Shown: positions 38,934 to 46,881 of the stretch, piece after piece
Layout: each line of letters opens with the position of its first letter
Position numbering within the stretch: position 1 is the stretch's first letter
Notes under the pieces: model-generated
What the model was told of the DNA's origin: nothing
Databases searched by the model: none
What the model saw: only the letters and a program-made list of their open reading frames with translations
From: an uncultured bacterium
GTDB taxonomy: Bacteria; Acidobacteriota; Thermoanaerobaculia; Multivoradales; JAHZIX01
Assembly (NCBI GenBank): GCA_965368975.1
Contig: CBDUPA010000001.1
Location: 736,001-800,000, forward strand
DNA length: 64,000 nucleotides
Reading direction: 5' to 3'
Position numbers and translations under genes: made by a program

Positions 38934-40459
38934 TGCGCAAGACGAACGGATCGGATGTCCTGGCCCAGGCCGGGAGACCCCAGGCCGGGAGACCCCAGGC
39001 CGGGAGACCCCAGGCCGGGAGACCGCAGGCTGGAAGACCGCAGGCCGGAAGACAGGCGCCACCGTCGTTCGACGGGGTGCGTCTGTTGGTGGTCGGGGAT
39101 GTGATGGTCAACCGCTACTGGCAGGGAGCCGCGTCGCGCCTGGCTCCCGACGCGCCGGTGCCGGTGGTGCACGTCCACCACGACGAGGCGAGCCCCGGGG
39201 GGGCAGCGAACGTGGCGATGAACGCGGCGGTCTTGGGGGCTGAAGTGACCCTGCTCGGCGTTGCGGGCGACGACGTGGAAGCAGACGTACTGACGGCGCA
39301 GCTGGAGCAGGCCGGTGTCCGGGTCGACCTGGTGCGCGTCGCCGGCTCGCCGACCGTGCGCAAGCTGTGGGTGACCGGACGTGGGCAGCATGTCGTGCGG
39401 GTGGACTTCGAAGACGGCTTTCCGGGCCTCGAGGCAGCTAGCGTGCTGACGCGGCTACGGGAGCACCTGGCGTCGAACCAGGCGGTCGTGTTTTCGGACT
39501 ACGGCAAAGGAACCGTGCGCCAGCCGGCAGCCCTGATCGAGGCGACGCGGCTGTCCGGCTGTCCGGTGCTGGTCGATCCCAAAGGCAGTGACTTCTCGTG
39601 CTACCGCGGCGCCACGCTGCTGTCGCCCAACCGCGTCGAGTTCGAGGCGGCGGCGGGACCTTGCAGTGGTGACGCGGAACTGGAGCGCCGAGGCCTGGAT
39701 CTGCTGCGCGACCTGCGGTTGCAGGCCCTGGTGGTCACGCGCGACGCCGAAGGCATGACCCTGCTGCGCGACGAGGCGCCGGCCGTGCACGTGCCCGCAT
39801 GCGCGCACTGGGTCGAGGATGTGGCGGGGGCCGGGGACACGGTGATCGCGACCTTGGCGCTGGCGGTGGCAGCTGGCGTCGACTACCCGGCGGCGGTGCA
39901 TTGGGCCAACACTGCGGCCGGCGTGGTGGTGGAGAAGCCGCGGGTGGCGACGGTATCGGCCGCCGAGCTGGCACGGGTGGATTGCAGGTCGCCGCAGGTG
40001 GTGAGCGAGGCCGAGTTGTTGCGGCTGGTGTCCGCGGCGCGGGCGCGCGGCGAGAAGATCGTCATGACCAACGGCTGCTTCGACATCCTGCACGCCGGCC
40101 ACGTGCAGTACCTGGAGCAGGTGCGCCGGCAGGGGGACCGCCTGATCGTGGCGGTGAACGACGACGACTCGGTGCGCCGGTTCAAGGGGGCGAGCCGGCC
40201 GGTCAATCCCCTGGCGCAGCGATTGCGGGTGCTGGCGGGCCTGCAGGCGGTCGACTGGGTGGTGCCCTTCAGCGAGGACTCGCCGGACCGCCTCGTGTGC
40301 CAGGTCAAGCCGGACGTGATGGCCAAGGGCGGCGACTACCACCCAGACCAGGTCCCTGGCAGCCGCTGTGTGCGCGAGGCCGGGGGAGAGATCTTCATCG
40401 CCGAATTCGTCGAGGGGCATTCGACCAGCCGCCTGATCGAGCGTCTGCAAGAGCCATGA
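38933..40459 (+). CDS. hldE: Bifunctional heptose-7-phosphate kinase / heptose-1-phosphate adenylyltransferase (atypical)
   Basis: VVGDVM, PGGAANVA.N, SDYGKG, VDPK, GAGDT; MTNGCFDILHAGH, KGGDY, STS. Confidence 0.9.
   Translation: MRKTNGSDVLAQAGRPQAGRPQAGRPQAGRPQAGRPQAGRQAPPSFDGVRLLVVGDVMVNRYWQGAASRLAPDAPVPVVHVHHDEASPGGAANVAMNAAVLGAEVTLLGVAGDDVEADVLTAQLEQAGVRVDLVRVAGSPTVRKLWVTGRGQHVVRVDFEDGFPGLEAASVLTRLREHLASNQAVVFSDYGKGTVRQPAALIEATRLSGCPVLVDPKGSDFSCYRGATLLSPNRVEFEAAAGPCSGDAELERRGLDLLRDLRLQALVVTRDAEGMTLLRDEAPAVHVPACAHWVEDVAGAGDTVIATLALAVAAGVDYPAAVHWANTAAGVVVEKPRVATVSAAELARVDCRSPQVVSEAELLRLVSAARARGEKIVMTNGCFDILHAGHVQYLEQVRRQGDRLIVAVNDDDSVRRFKGASRPVNPLAQRLRVLAGLQAVDWVVPFSEDSPDRLVCQVKPDVMAKGGDYHPDQVPGSRCVREAGGEIFIAEFVEGHSTSRLIERLQEP
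38966..39055 (+). repeat. In-frame 15-nt tandem repeat x6 (QAGRP) in the hldE 5' end
   Basis: CAGGCCGGGAGACCC units start at 38966, 38981, 38996, 39011, 39026 and 39041; the last three diverge. Confidence 0.95.
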
Positions 40460-41724
40460 ACGACGAGCATCGCGAGCTGCGGGTCGACGTGGTGGTGATC
40501 GGCGGCGGAATCGCCGGTCTCTGGGTGCTGGCGCACCTGCGAGCGCGCGGTTACTCGGCACTGCTGTGTGAAGGCGGCGACCTGGGCGCCGGCCAGACGA
40601 TCGCGGCGCAGGGCATCATTCACGGCGGCATCAAGTATGCCCTGGCGGGTACACGACCCGGGGCGCTGCCGGATGCATCGCGCGAGCTGGCCGCGATGCC
40701 CTCGCACTGGCTCGCGTGCCTGCGCGGCGAGCGTGATCCCGATCTGCGCGCCGCGCAGCTGCAGTCGCCGCACCATTACCTGTTCACCGATCGACGACTG
40801 GGCACGCGCATGACGGCCTTCCTGGCGAGCAAGAGCCTGCGAGCACAGGTGACGCCGGTGGCGGCGGCCGACTTGCCCGAACTGCTAGCGCGCGGTGGCT
40901 CGCGTTTCGGCGGCGCGGCCTACCGGGTCGACGAGCCAGTGGTCGACGTACGCTCGGTGCTGGCGGCGCTGCGCGGCCACAACCTGCCGGCGCTGCTGGC
41001 CGTCGACCCCGCGGGGACCCATCTGGTGGAGCGCGACGGCGTCCTTGTGGGGGTCGATGTCGTGGCACGTGCTCCCTCCGGACAGAAACTGCGCCTGCTG
41101 TGCCAGCGGCTTGTGCTGACCGCCGGAGTCGGCAACGAGACGCTGTGTCGAGGCCTATCACGGCCACCGGCCATGCAGCGACGGCCGCTGCGCATGGTGT
41201 TGGTGCGCGGCAAGGGCGTGCAGCATCGCGACGGCTTGCCGTCCTTCTACGGCCACTGCGTGGCGACGGCCAGCGACAAGCCACGCTTCACCCTTGTCAG
41301 TTTCGTCGACGCACAGGGCCGATCGGGGTGGTACCTGGGGGGCCAGCTGTCCGAGAGCGGGGCGGACCGCGATAGCGTTGCGCAACTCGACGCCGCACGC
41401 GCGGAACTGGCCGCCGTGCTGCCCTGGATCAACCTCGACGCCTGCGAGATGACGACGCTGGCGCTGGATCGGGCCGAAGGACAGCAGGCGTCCGGCGGTC
41501 GCCCGGCGGGACCCGTGGTTGTCGACGACGGTGCGGTGACGGTGGTCTGGCCGACCAAGCTGGCCTTTGCGCCACGGGTTGCCGAGCAAGTCGAGGAGCG
41601 ACTGCGCCACGCAGGTGTGCGGCCGCAGAGCTCGCCCGACGGCACGACCGAGGCACTGCACTCCTGGCCGCGGCCGCGGCTGGCTGCTTGTCCGTGGGAC
41701 GAGGAGGCACGATGGCAGTCGTAG
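40456..41724 (+). CDS. FAD-dependent oxidoreductase (DAO-like)
   Basis: VVIGGGIAGLW, LGAGQT...QGIIHGGIKYAL, WPTKLAFAP; ATGA overlap with hldE. Confidence 0.85.
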   Translation: MNDEHRELRVDVVVIGGGIAGLWVLAHLRARGYSALLCEGGDLGAGQTIAAQGIIHGGIKYALAGTRPGALPDASRELAAMPSHWLACLRGERDPDLRAAQLQSPHHYLFTDRRLGTRMTAFLASKSLRAQVTPVAAADLPELLARGGSRFGGAAYRVDEPVVDVRSVLAALRGHNLPALLAVDPAGTHLVERDGVLVGVDVVARAPSGQKLRLLCQRLVLTAGVGNETLCRGLSRPPAMQRRPLRMVLVRGKGVQHRDGLPSFYGHCVATASDKPRFTLVSFVDAQGRSGWYLGGQLSESGADRDSVAQLDAARAELAAVLPWINLDACEMTTLALDRAEGQQASGGRPAGPVVVDDGAVTVVWPTKLAFAPRVAEQVEERLRHAGVRPQSSPDGTTEALHSWPRPRLAACPWDEEARWQS

Positions 41725-42296
41725 CTCGCGGCCGGACCTCGCGTGCCTTCGTGCTGCTCGATCGAGATGGCACCGTGATCGAGAACCGCGGCTATGTCGG
41801 GGATCCCGAAGACGTCGTGCTGCTGCCCAACGCGGCGGCCGGCCTGCGCCGCTTTCGAGCCCTGGGCTACGGCCTGGCCCTGGTGACCAACCAGAGCGGT
41901 CTCGGCCGTGGCTACTTCGACACGCGGCAGCTGGCGGCGGTGCACCAGCGCCTGGCTGCCGTGCTCGCCGAAGAGCAGCTTGTCCTCGACGGCATCTACG
42001 TGTGCCCGCATCGACCCGAGGCGCAGTGCACCTGCCGCAAGCCGCAGCCGGGCCTGGGCCTGCAGGCAGCCGAGGAGCTGGGGATCGATCTGCGGCAGAG
42101 CGTCCTGATCGGGGACAAGCGAAGCGACATCGACTGTGGGCGCCGCCTGGGAGCTCGGACGATCCTCGTCCGCACCGGCTATGGCGCCGAGACGGAAGCG
42201 GCAGGCACCGTGCCATGCACTTACGTGGCCGGCGATCTCTACCAAGCTGCCGAGTTCACGGCAGCACTCGGACCAAGAAGGGAAGACTCCTCATGA
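41712..42296 (+). CDS. gmhB: D-glycero-D-manno-heptose-1,7-bisphosphate phosphatase (HAD)
   Basis: LDRDGT, VTNQSG, CPH.P..C.CRKP.PG, IGDK.SD. Confidence 0.9.
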   Translation: MAVVARGRTSRAFVLLDRDGTVIENRGYVGDPEDVVLLPNAAAGLRRFRALGYGLALVTNQSGLGRGYFDTRQLAAVHQRLAAVLAEEQLVLDGIYVCPHRPEAQCTCRKPQPGLGLQAAEELGIDLRQSVLIGDKRSDIDCGRRLGARTILVRTGYGAETEAAGTVPCTYVAGDLYQAAEFTAALGPRREDSS

Positions 42297-42952
42297 GGGA
42301 TGTCAAGATCGATGCAGCCTGGACCGCCGGAGCCAAGGACTACGTGCGCGAGTACATGCTCGGCACCATCCGGACGCAACAAGAAACGCTGGCCGTCTGT
42401 GAACCTGACATCATCGCCGTGGCCACGCTGCTGCTGCGTTGCTACCAGCAGGGGGGCAAGCTGCTGCTGTGCGGCAATGGCGGCAATGCCGCGACCTGCG
42501 AGCACATCGCCGGTGAGCTGGTGAGCGCCCTCAACCACGACATCGAGCGGCCGGGCCTGCCGGCGCTGTCTCTATCGCAGACCTCCTCGATGATCACCGG
42601 TCACGCCAACGACTTCGATTTCAACCTCATCTTCGAGCGCCAGGTCGAAGCCTTCGGTCAGCCGGACGACGTGCTGCTCGGGATCAGTACCAGCGGTAGT
42701 TCCAGGAATGTCGCCATCGCCATGCAGCTGGCGCGGCGGCGCGGCCTGCGCACGGTCGGCTTGACCGGCATGGATGCTGGAAGCGTCAGCGCTGCCAGTG
42801 ACCTGTGCGTGCGCGTGCCGAGCCGCAGTACGCAGTTCATTCAGGAAGCGCACATAGCGATTGGCCATATGCTGTGTGCCTTCGTCGAGGAAGGGCTCTA
42901 CACCGCTGCGATGGTGCCGCGGCTGGAAGTGTTCGCGCAGGTGTCGACCTGA
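42293..42952 (+). CDS. gmhA: Phosphoheptose isomerase (SIS domain)
   Basis: CGNGG, ND...IFERQ, ISTSG, IQEAHI.IGH.LC. Confidence 0.88.
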   Translation: MRDVKIDAAWTAGAKDYVREYMLGTIRTQQETLAVCEPDIIAVATLLLRCYQQGGKLLLCGNGGNAATCEHIAGELVSALNHDIERPGLPALSLSQTSSMITGHANDFDFNLIFERQVEAFGQPDDVLLGISTSGSSRNVAIAMQLARRRGLRTVGLTGMDAGSVSAASDLCVRVPSRSTQFIQEAHIAIGHMLCAFVEEGLYTAAMVPRLEVFAQVST

Positions 42953-43809
42953 TGGCCGCCGCAGGACTGGAGACACCCGCGGCGGCCCGCCGGCTCTGGC
43001 GGTTCCTGGTGGTCGAGCTGGCGGACATCTGGACGCGCTTGCTGGAAGGCGCCATGGCGTCGCGCAGCGAGACGGCGGATTCACGGCTGGTGTGGGGCGT
43101 CGAGGATGAGCTGCGCCAGCGCACGGTGGCGTTCCTGGCGCAGCTGTACCCCGGCGTGCCGGTGAATGAGGAAGGGGTGTCGCAGTGGCCGCCGGCCGGT
43201 GATGCCTGCGTGCTCGACCTGGTCGACGGCACCAATAGCCTGCTCCTGGGCGCACCCTTCTTCGGCCTGCAGTTCGCGCTGGTGCGGGCGGGCACAGTCG
43301 AAGAGGCTGTCCTCTTCCTGCCGGCCGAAGAGCGCCTGGGCGGCGGTGGTCTCTACCGCGCCCGGCGCGGTGGCGGAGCCTTCTACACGCTGCAGGGAGA
43401 GACGGATGTGCGCCTGCGCGTCTCCGACCAGCGCGACCTCGCCAGCTCGACGATCGCCTTCGACGGCACGACGCCCAACGTGCGCAAGCTCTACCACCCG
43501 ACGTTGGTGTCGGCGGTCACCCGCATTCGCAACTTCGGTGCCTTCTGCTGGGCCGGCACGCGCCTGGCGCGCGGTCGTCACCTGCCGGTCAGTTGCGACG
43601 CCGTGGTGGCGATCGGCAACCGGCCCTGGGACCACCTGCCGTCGATCCTGCTGGTCGAGGAAGCGGGGGGCACAGTGAGTGGTCACTACGGGCCGTACTC
43701 GCTGACCGACTGCACCGAGCTCGTGCTATCCAACGGTCATCTGCACGCGGAGGTGCTGCGCCGGCTGCACGAGATTCTGCCGCCCCCGGCCGGTGCTGCT
43801 GCCGTATGA
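42952..43809 (+). CDS. Inositol monophosphatase-family phosphatase
   Basis: NEE, DLVDGTN, PWD...LVEEAGG. Confidence 0.82.
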   Translation: MAAAGLETPAAARRLWRFLVVELADIWTRLLEGAMASRSETADSRLVWGVEDELRQRTVAFLAQLYPGVPVNEEGVSQWPPAGDACVLDLVDGTNSLLLGAPFFGLQFALVRAGTVEEAVLFLPAEERLGGGGLYRARRGGGAFYTLQGETDVRLRVSDQRDLASSTIAFDGTTPNVRKLYHPTLVSAVTRIRNFGAFCWAGTRLARGRHLPVSCDAVVAIGNRPWDHLPSILLVEEAGGTVSGHYGPYSLTDCTELVLSNGHLHAEVLRRLHEILPPPAGAAAV

Positions 43810-44396
43810 CGGGCGATACCGAGCGTCCGCTGATCCTGGTGCTGTGTGGCTGGCCGCTATCGGGCAAGACCTCGACGGCGGCACACCTGCAGCGCCGGCT
43901 CGACGTCCACGTGGCCGATGTCGACCGCATCGCCCACGCCGCGGTCGGTCCGCCCGAGCCGGACTGGCGTGCCACCGAAGCGGGGCGTCGGCGCAATCTC
44001 AACCGCATGGCGATGGCCTACGACATGCTGCACCACGCCGTGCGTGTCCACCTCGAAGTCGCCGAGCCGGCGCGCTCGCTACTGGTCGTGTCGACCTACT
44101 CGCGGACCAGCAGCTGGCAGTACCTGCAGCAGGTCCTGGCGCCGCATCCGCAGGTACGTCTGGAGATCGCCTGGCTGTGCCCGGTCGATGACTCGCCCGA
44201 GACGGTCGAGCGCTTGCTGGCACAGCGTTCGGACGCCTACCTGGGGGCCTGCACCAGTACCGCCGAGTACTTCGACGTCAAGGAACGCTTCGAAGCGCCA
44301 ACCTTGCCGCACCTGCGCGTCGACAGCTGGCTGCGCAACTCGCCGCAAGCCTGTGCCGGCCAGATCGCGGACTACCTGCGGAGCCAGGAGGCCTGA
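43806..44396 (+). CDS. Small P-loop kinase (AAA_33-like)
   Basis: LVLCGWPLSGKTS Walker A; ATGA-coupled to the upstream gene. Confidence 0.72.
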   Translation: MTGDTERPLILVLCGWPLSGKTSTAAHLQRRLDVHVADVDRIAHAAVGPPEPDWRATEAGRRRNLNRMAMAYDMLHHAVRVHLEVAEPARSLLVVSTYSRTSSWQYLQQVLAPHPQVRLEIAWLCPVDDSPETVERLLAQRSDAYLGACTSTAEYFDVKERFEAPTLPHLRVDSWLRNSPQACAGQIADYLRSQEA

Positions 44397-45760
44397 TGCT
44401 GTTTCATCGCCGGTTGGACTACGACTATCCGACGATCGTGCGTGGAGAAGGCTGCACGCTGATCGATCGCGACGGCAAGACCTACTTCGACGCCGCCGGT
44501 GGCGCGGCGGTGGCGATCCTCGGCCACAGCGTCCGGGACCTGCTGCAGCAGGCTGTGGATCGAGTCGACTGGAGCTACCTGCACGGTGCACAGTTCACCT
44601 CGGAGGATCTCGAGACCTACGGTCGGCGCCTCGTCGAGCTGGTGGCGGGAACCTCCTCGTCGGAGAGCAACCTGTCGCACGTGCTGCTGGTGGGCAGCGG
44701 CTCGGACGCCGTGGAGACGGCGATCAAGCTGGTGTACCAGTACTCGCGAGCCAGTGCACCCGGTGCACAGGAGGGTGCGACCGGTCGACACGAGAAGGCC
44801 AAGATCATTGCCACCGAGCCGGGGTACCACGGTGCCACCGGGCTGGCTCTGGCGGTCACCGGCAAGGCCACGAACCGCCGTGCCTTCCAAGGATTGTTGC
44901 GCGAGCATCCTTTCGTCGCCGCGCCGGATGCCTACCGGCGACCGGCCGGGCAGAGCCTGGAGGCGCACGGCGAAGCCTGTGCCGAGGAGCTGGAGCGCGT
45001 CGTGCTGCGCGAGGGGCCGGAGACCTGCCTGGCTTTCCTGGTCGAGCCGGTGATCGGATCGGGCATCGGCGTTGGTGTGTCACCGCCGGGCTACCTGCGT
45101 CGCGTGCGCGACATCTGTGACCGCTACGACCTGGCGCTGATCTTCGACGAGGTGATGTGCGGCTTTGGCCGCTGTGGTGCCTGGACGGCGGCTGAACTGT
45201 GGGATGTTCAGCCCGACGTGTTGATCCAGGGCAAGGGACTGGCGGCGGGGCTGCTGCCACTGTCCGCGGTCTATGCCAGCCGCCGCATCGTCGACGGCAT
45301 TCGCGAGCACTCCGGCAACTTCCAGCACGGCTTCACCTTCACCAATCACGCCCTGGCGGCGACGGTGGGCAACCTGGTGCTCGACCAGCTGCAGCAGCAC
45401 GACCTGCTGGCCAACGTCCGCCACCAAGGGGAGTTCTTGCGTCGGCGGTTGCAGGAGCTGACGGCCTTCTCGTGGATCGACGACGTGCGGGGCCTGGGCC
45501 TGCTCAACGGCTTCGAGCTGGTGGCCGACAAGACGGCGCGGCGTTCCTTCGCGCGGTCGGAGCACGTCGCCGAGCGCTTCGTGCAGCGGGCGATGCACCA
45601 CGGCGGCAACTTCTACTTCGCGGTCGGCTACCTGCCCAACGGCGATGGCGATGCCATCCTGATGATGCCGCCCTACAACCTGACGAGCGACGGTGTCGAC
45701 CGGATGGTGGCGATCCTACACGCCACTGCCGGGGACCTGGACCGGGAGCTGAGACCTTGA
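44396..45760 (+). CDS. Class III PLP aminotransferase
   Basis: GSGSDAVE.A.K, YHGAT, EPV, LIFDEVMCGFGR.G, GKGL. Confidence 0.92.
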   Translation: MLFHRRLDYDYPTIVRGEGCTLIDRDGKTYFDAAGGAAVAILGHSVRDLLQQAVDRVDWSYLHGAQFTSEDLETYGRRLVELVAGTSSSESNLSHVLLVGSGSDAVETAIKLVYQYSRASAPGAQEGATGRHEKAKIIATEPGYHGATGLALAVTGKATNRRAFQGLLREHPFVAAPDAYRRPAGQSLEAHGEACAEELERVVLREGPETCLAFLVEPVIGSGIGVGVSPPGYLRRVRDICDRYDLALIFDEVMCGFGRCGAWTAAELWDVQPDVLIQGKGLAAGLLPLSAVYASRRIVDGIREHSGNFQHGFTFTNHALAATVGNLVLDQLQQHDLLANVRHQGEFLRRRLQELTAFSWIDDVRGLGLLNGFELVADKTARRSFARSEHVAERFVQRAMHHGGNFYFAVGYLPNGDGDAILMMPPYNLTSDGVDRMVAILHATAGDLDRELRP

Positions 45761-46845
45761 GTCACCTGGAGATCAAGACCGACTGCCGCCACTTCAACGG
45801 CTACAAACCCTGCCGGCCGCACAAGCAGCGCGGCGTCCACTGCGCCGACTGCGACAGCTATGCGCCGACCGAGGGCGACATCCTGATCATCAAGCTGGAG
45901 GCAGCGGGCGAGGTGCTGCGCAACACGCCGCTGCTGGCGCCGATCCGGCGGCAGTTTCCGCACGGCCGAATTTTCTGGCTCACCAAGTATCCGCAGCTGA
46001 TTCCCAAGGACGAGGTGTTTCGAGTGGTTGAGTTCGACCTCGCGGGGACGCTACTGGTGCAGGACATCGAGTTCGACCTGCTGCTGTCGCTGGACAAGGA
46101 CCTCGAGGCCTGCGCCCTGGCCAACCGCATTCGAGCCAAGGTCAAGAAGGGCTTCACACAGCGTTCCGGTGTCATCGTGCCGTTCGACGACGACAGCCGG
46201 ACGAAATGGCAGACCGGGGTGTTCGACGACCTGATGAAGGCCAGCACCGAGCACTACCTGGACGAGATCTTCAACATCTGTGGTTATACGTTCGACGGTG
46301 AGCCCTACGTGCTGCCCGAGTTCACGCCGCCGCGGGTCGAAGGGCTCGACGCCGGCAAGCCGCTGGTGGTGCTCAACACCGGCGCCGGAGACAAGTGGCG
46401 GCCGCGCATCTACTCGACGGTGGGATGGGTGCGGCTGGCGCAGGATCTGCTCGCCGGCGGGCGCAACGTGGTGATCGCCGGCGGCCCCGACGAGCACGAG
46501 AAGAACCAGCGCATCGCCGCCGACTCCGGAGCCTGCTACCCCGGGGTCTTCTCGTACGTCGACTTCCTCGGCCTGCTCAGCCTGGCCGATGTCGTCGTCA
46601 CGTCGGTGACCTTCGCGCTGCACGCCGCCATCGGCTTGCACAAGCCGGTCGTCACCCTCAACAACACCTTCAACCGGCACGAGATCTACGCCTACGCGCC
46701 GATCGAGATTCTGGAGCCCGATCTGCCGTGCCTGATGTGTTACAAGCAGGACTTCGACGACGCCTGCCTCCAGCACCACTGTCTGGACCTGATCACTCCC
46801 GGGCAGATTCGGCAGGCGGTCGAGCGCTTGCTGCGTGGGCTCTGA
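45757..46845 (+). CDS. Glycosyltransferase family 9 (heptosyltransferase-like) with Cys-rich termini
   Basis: IKLEAAGEVLR.TPLL, LNTGAG.KW, LHAAIGL.KP; N-terminal DCRHFNGYKPC...HC.DC; C-terminal PCLMC...C...C; TTG start overlapping the upstream stop. Confidence 0.85.
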   Translation: MSHLEIKTDCRHFNGYKPCRPHKQRGVHCADCDSYAPTEGDILIIKLEAAGEVLRNTPLLAPIRRQFPHGRIFWLTKYPQLIPKDEVFRVVEFDLAGTLLVQDIEFDLLLSLDKDLEACALANRIRAKVKKGFTQRSGVIVPFDDDSRTKWQTGVFDDLMKASTEHYLDEIFNICGYTFDGEPYVLPEFTPPRVEGLDAGKPLVVLNTGAGDKWRPRIYSTVGWVRLAQDLLAGGRNVVIAGGPDEHEKNQRIAADSGACYPGVFSYVDFLGLLSLADVVVTSVTFALHAAIGLHKPVVTLNNTFNRHEIYAYAPIEILEPDLPCLMCYKQDFDDACLQHHCLDLITPGQIRQAVERLLRGL

Positions 46846-46881
46846 GCCAGCGGGCCGGCCCAATCTCCAACCACGGCCGGC

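Noticed and set aside
38966-39055. Repeat array considered as CRISPR
   Set aside because: Contiguous 15-nt units without spacers, in frame in hldE, and no cas genes.
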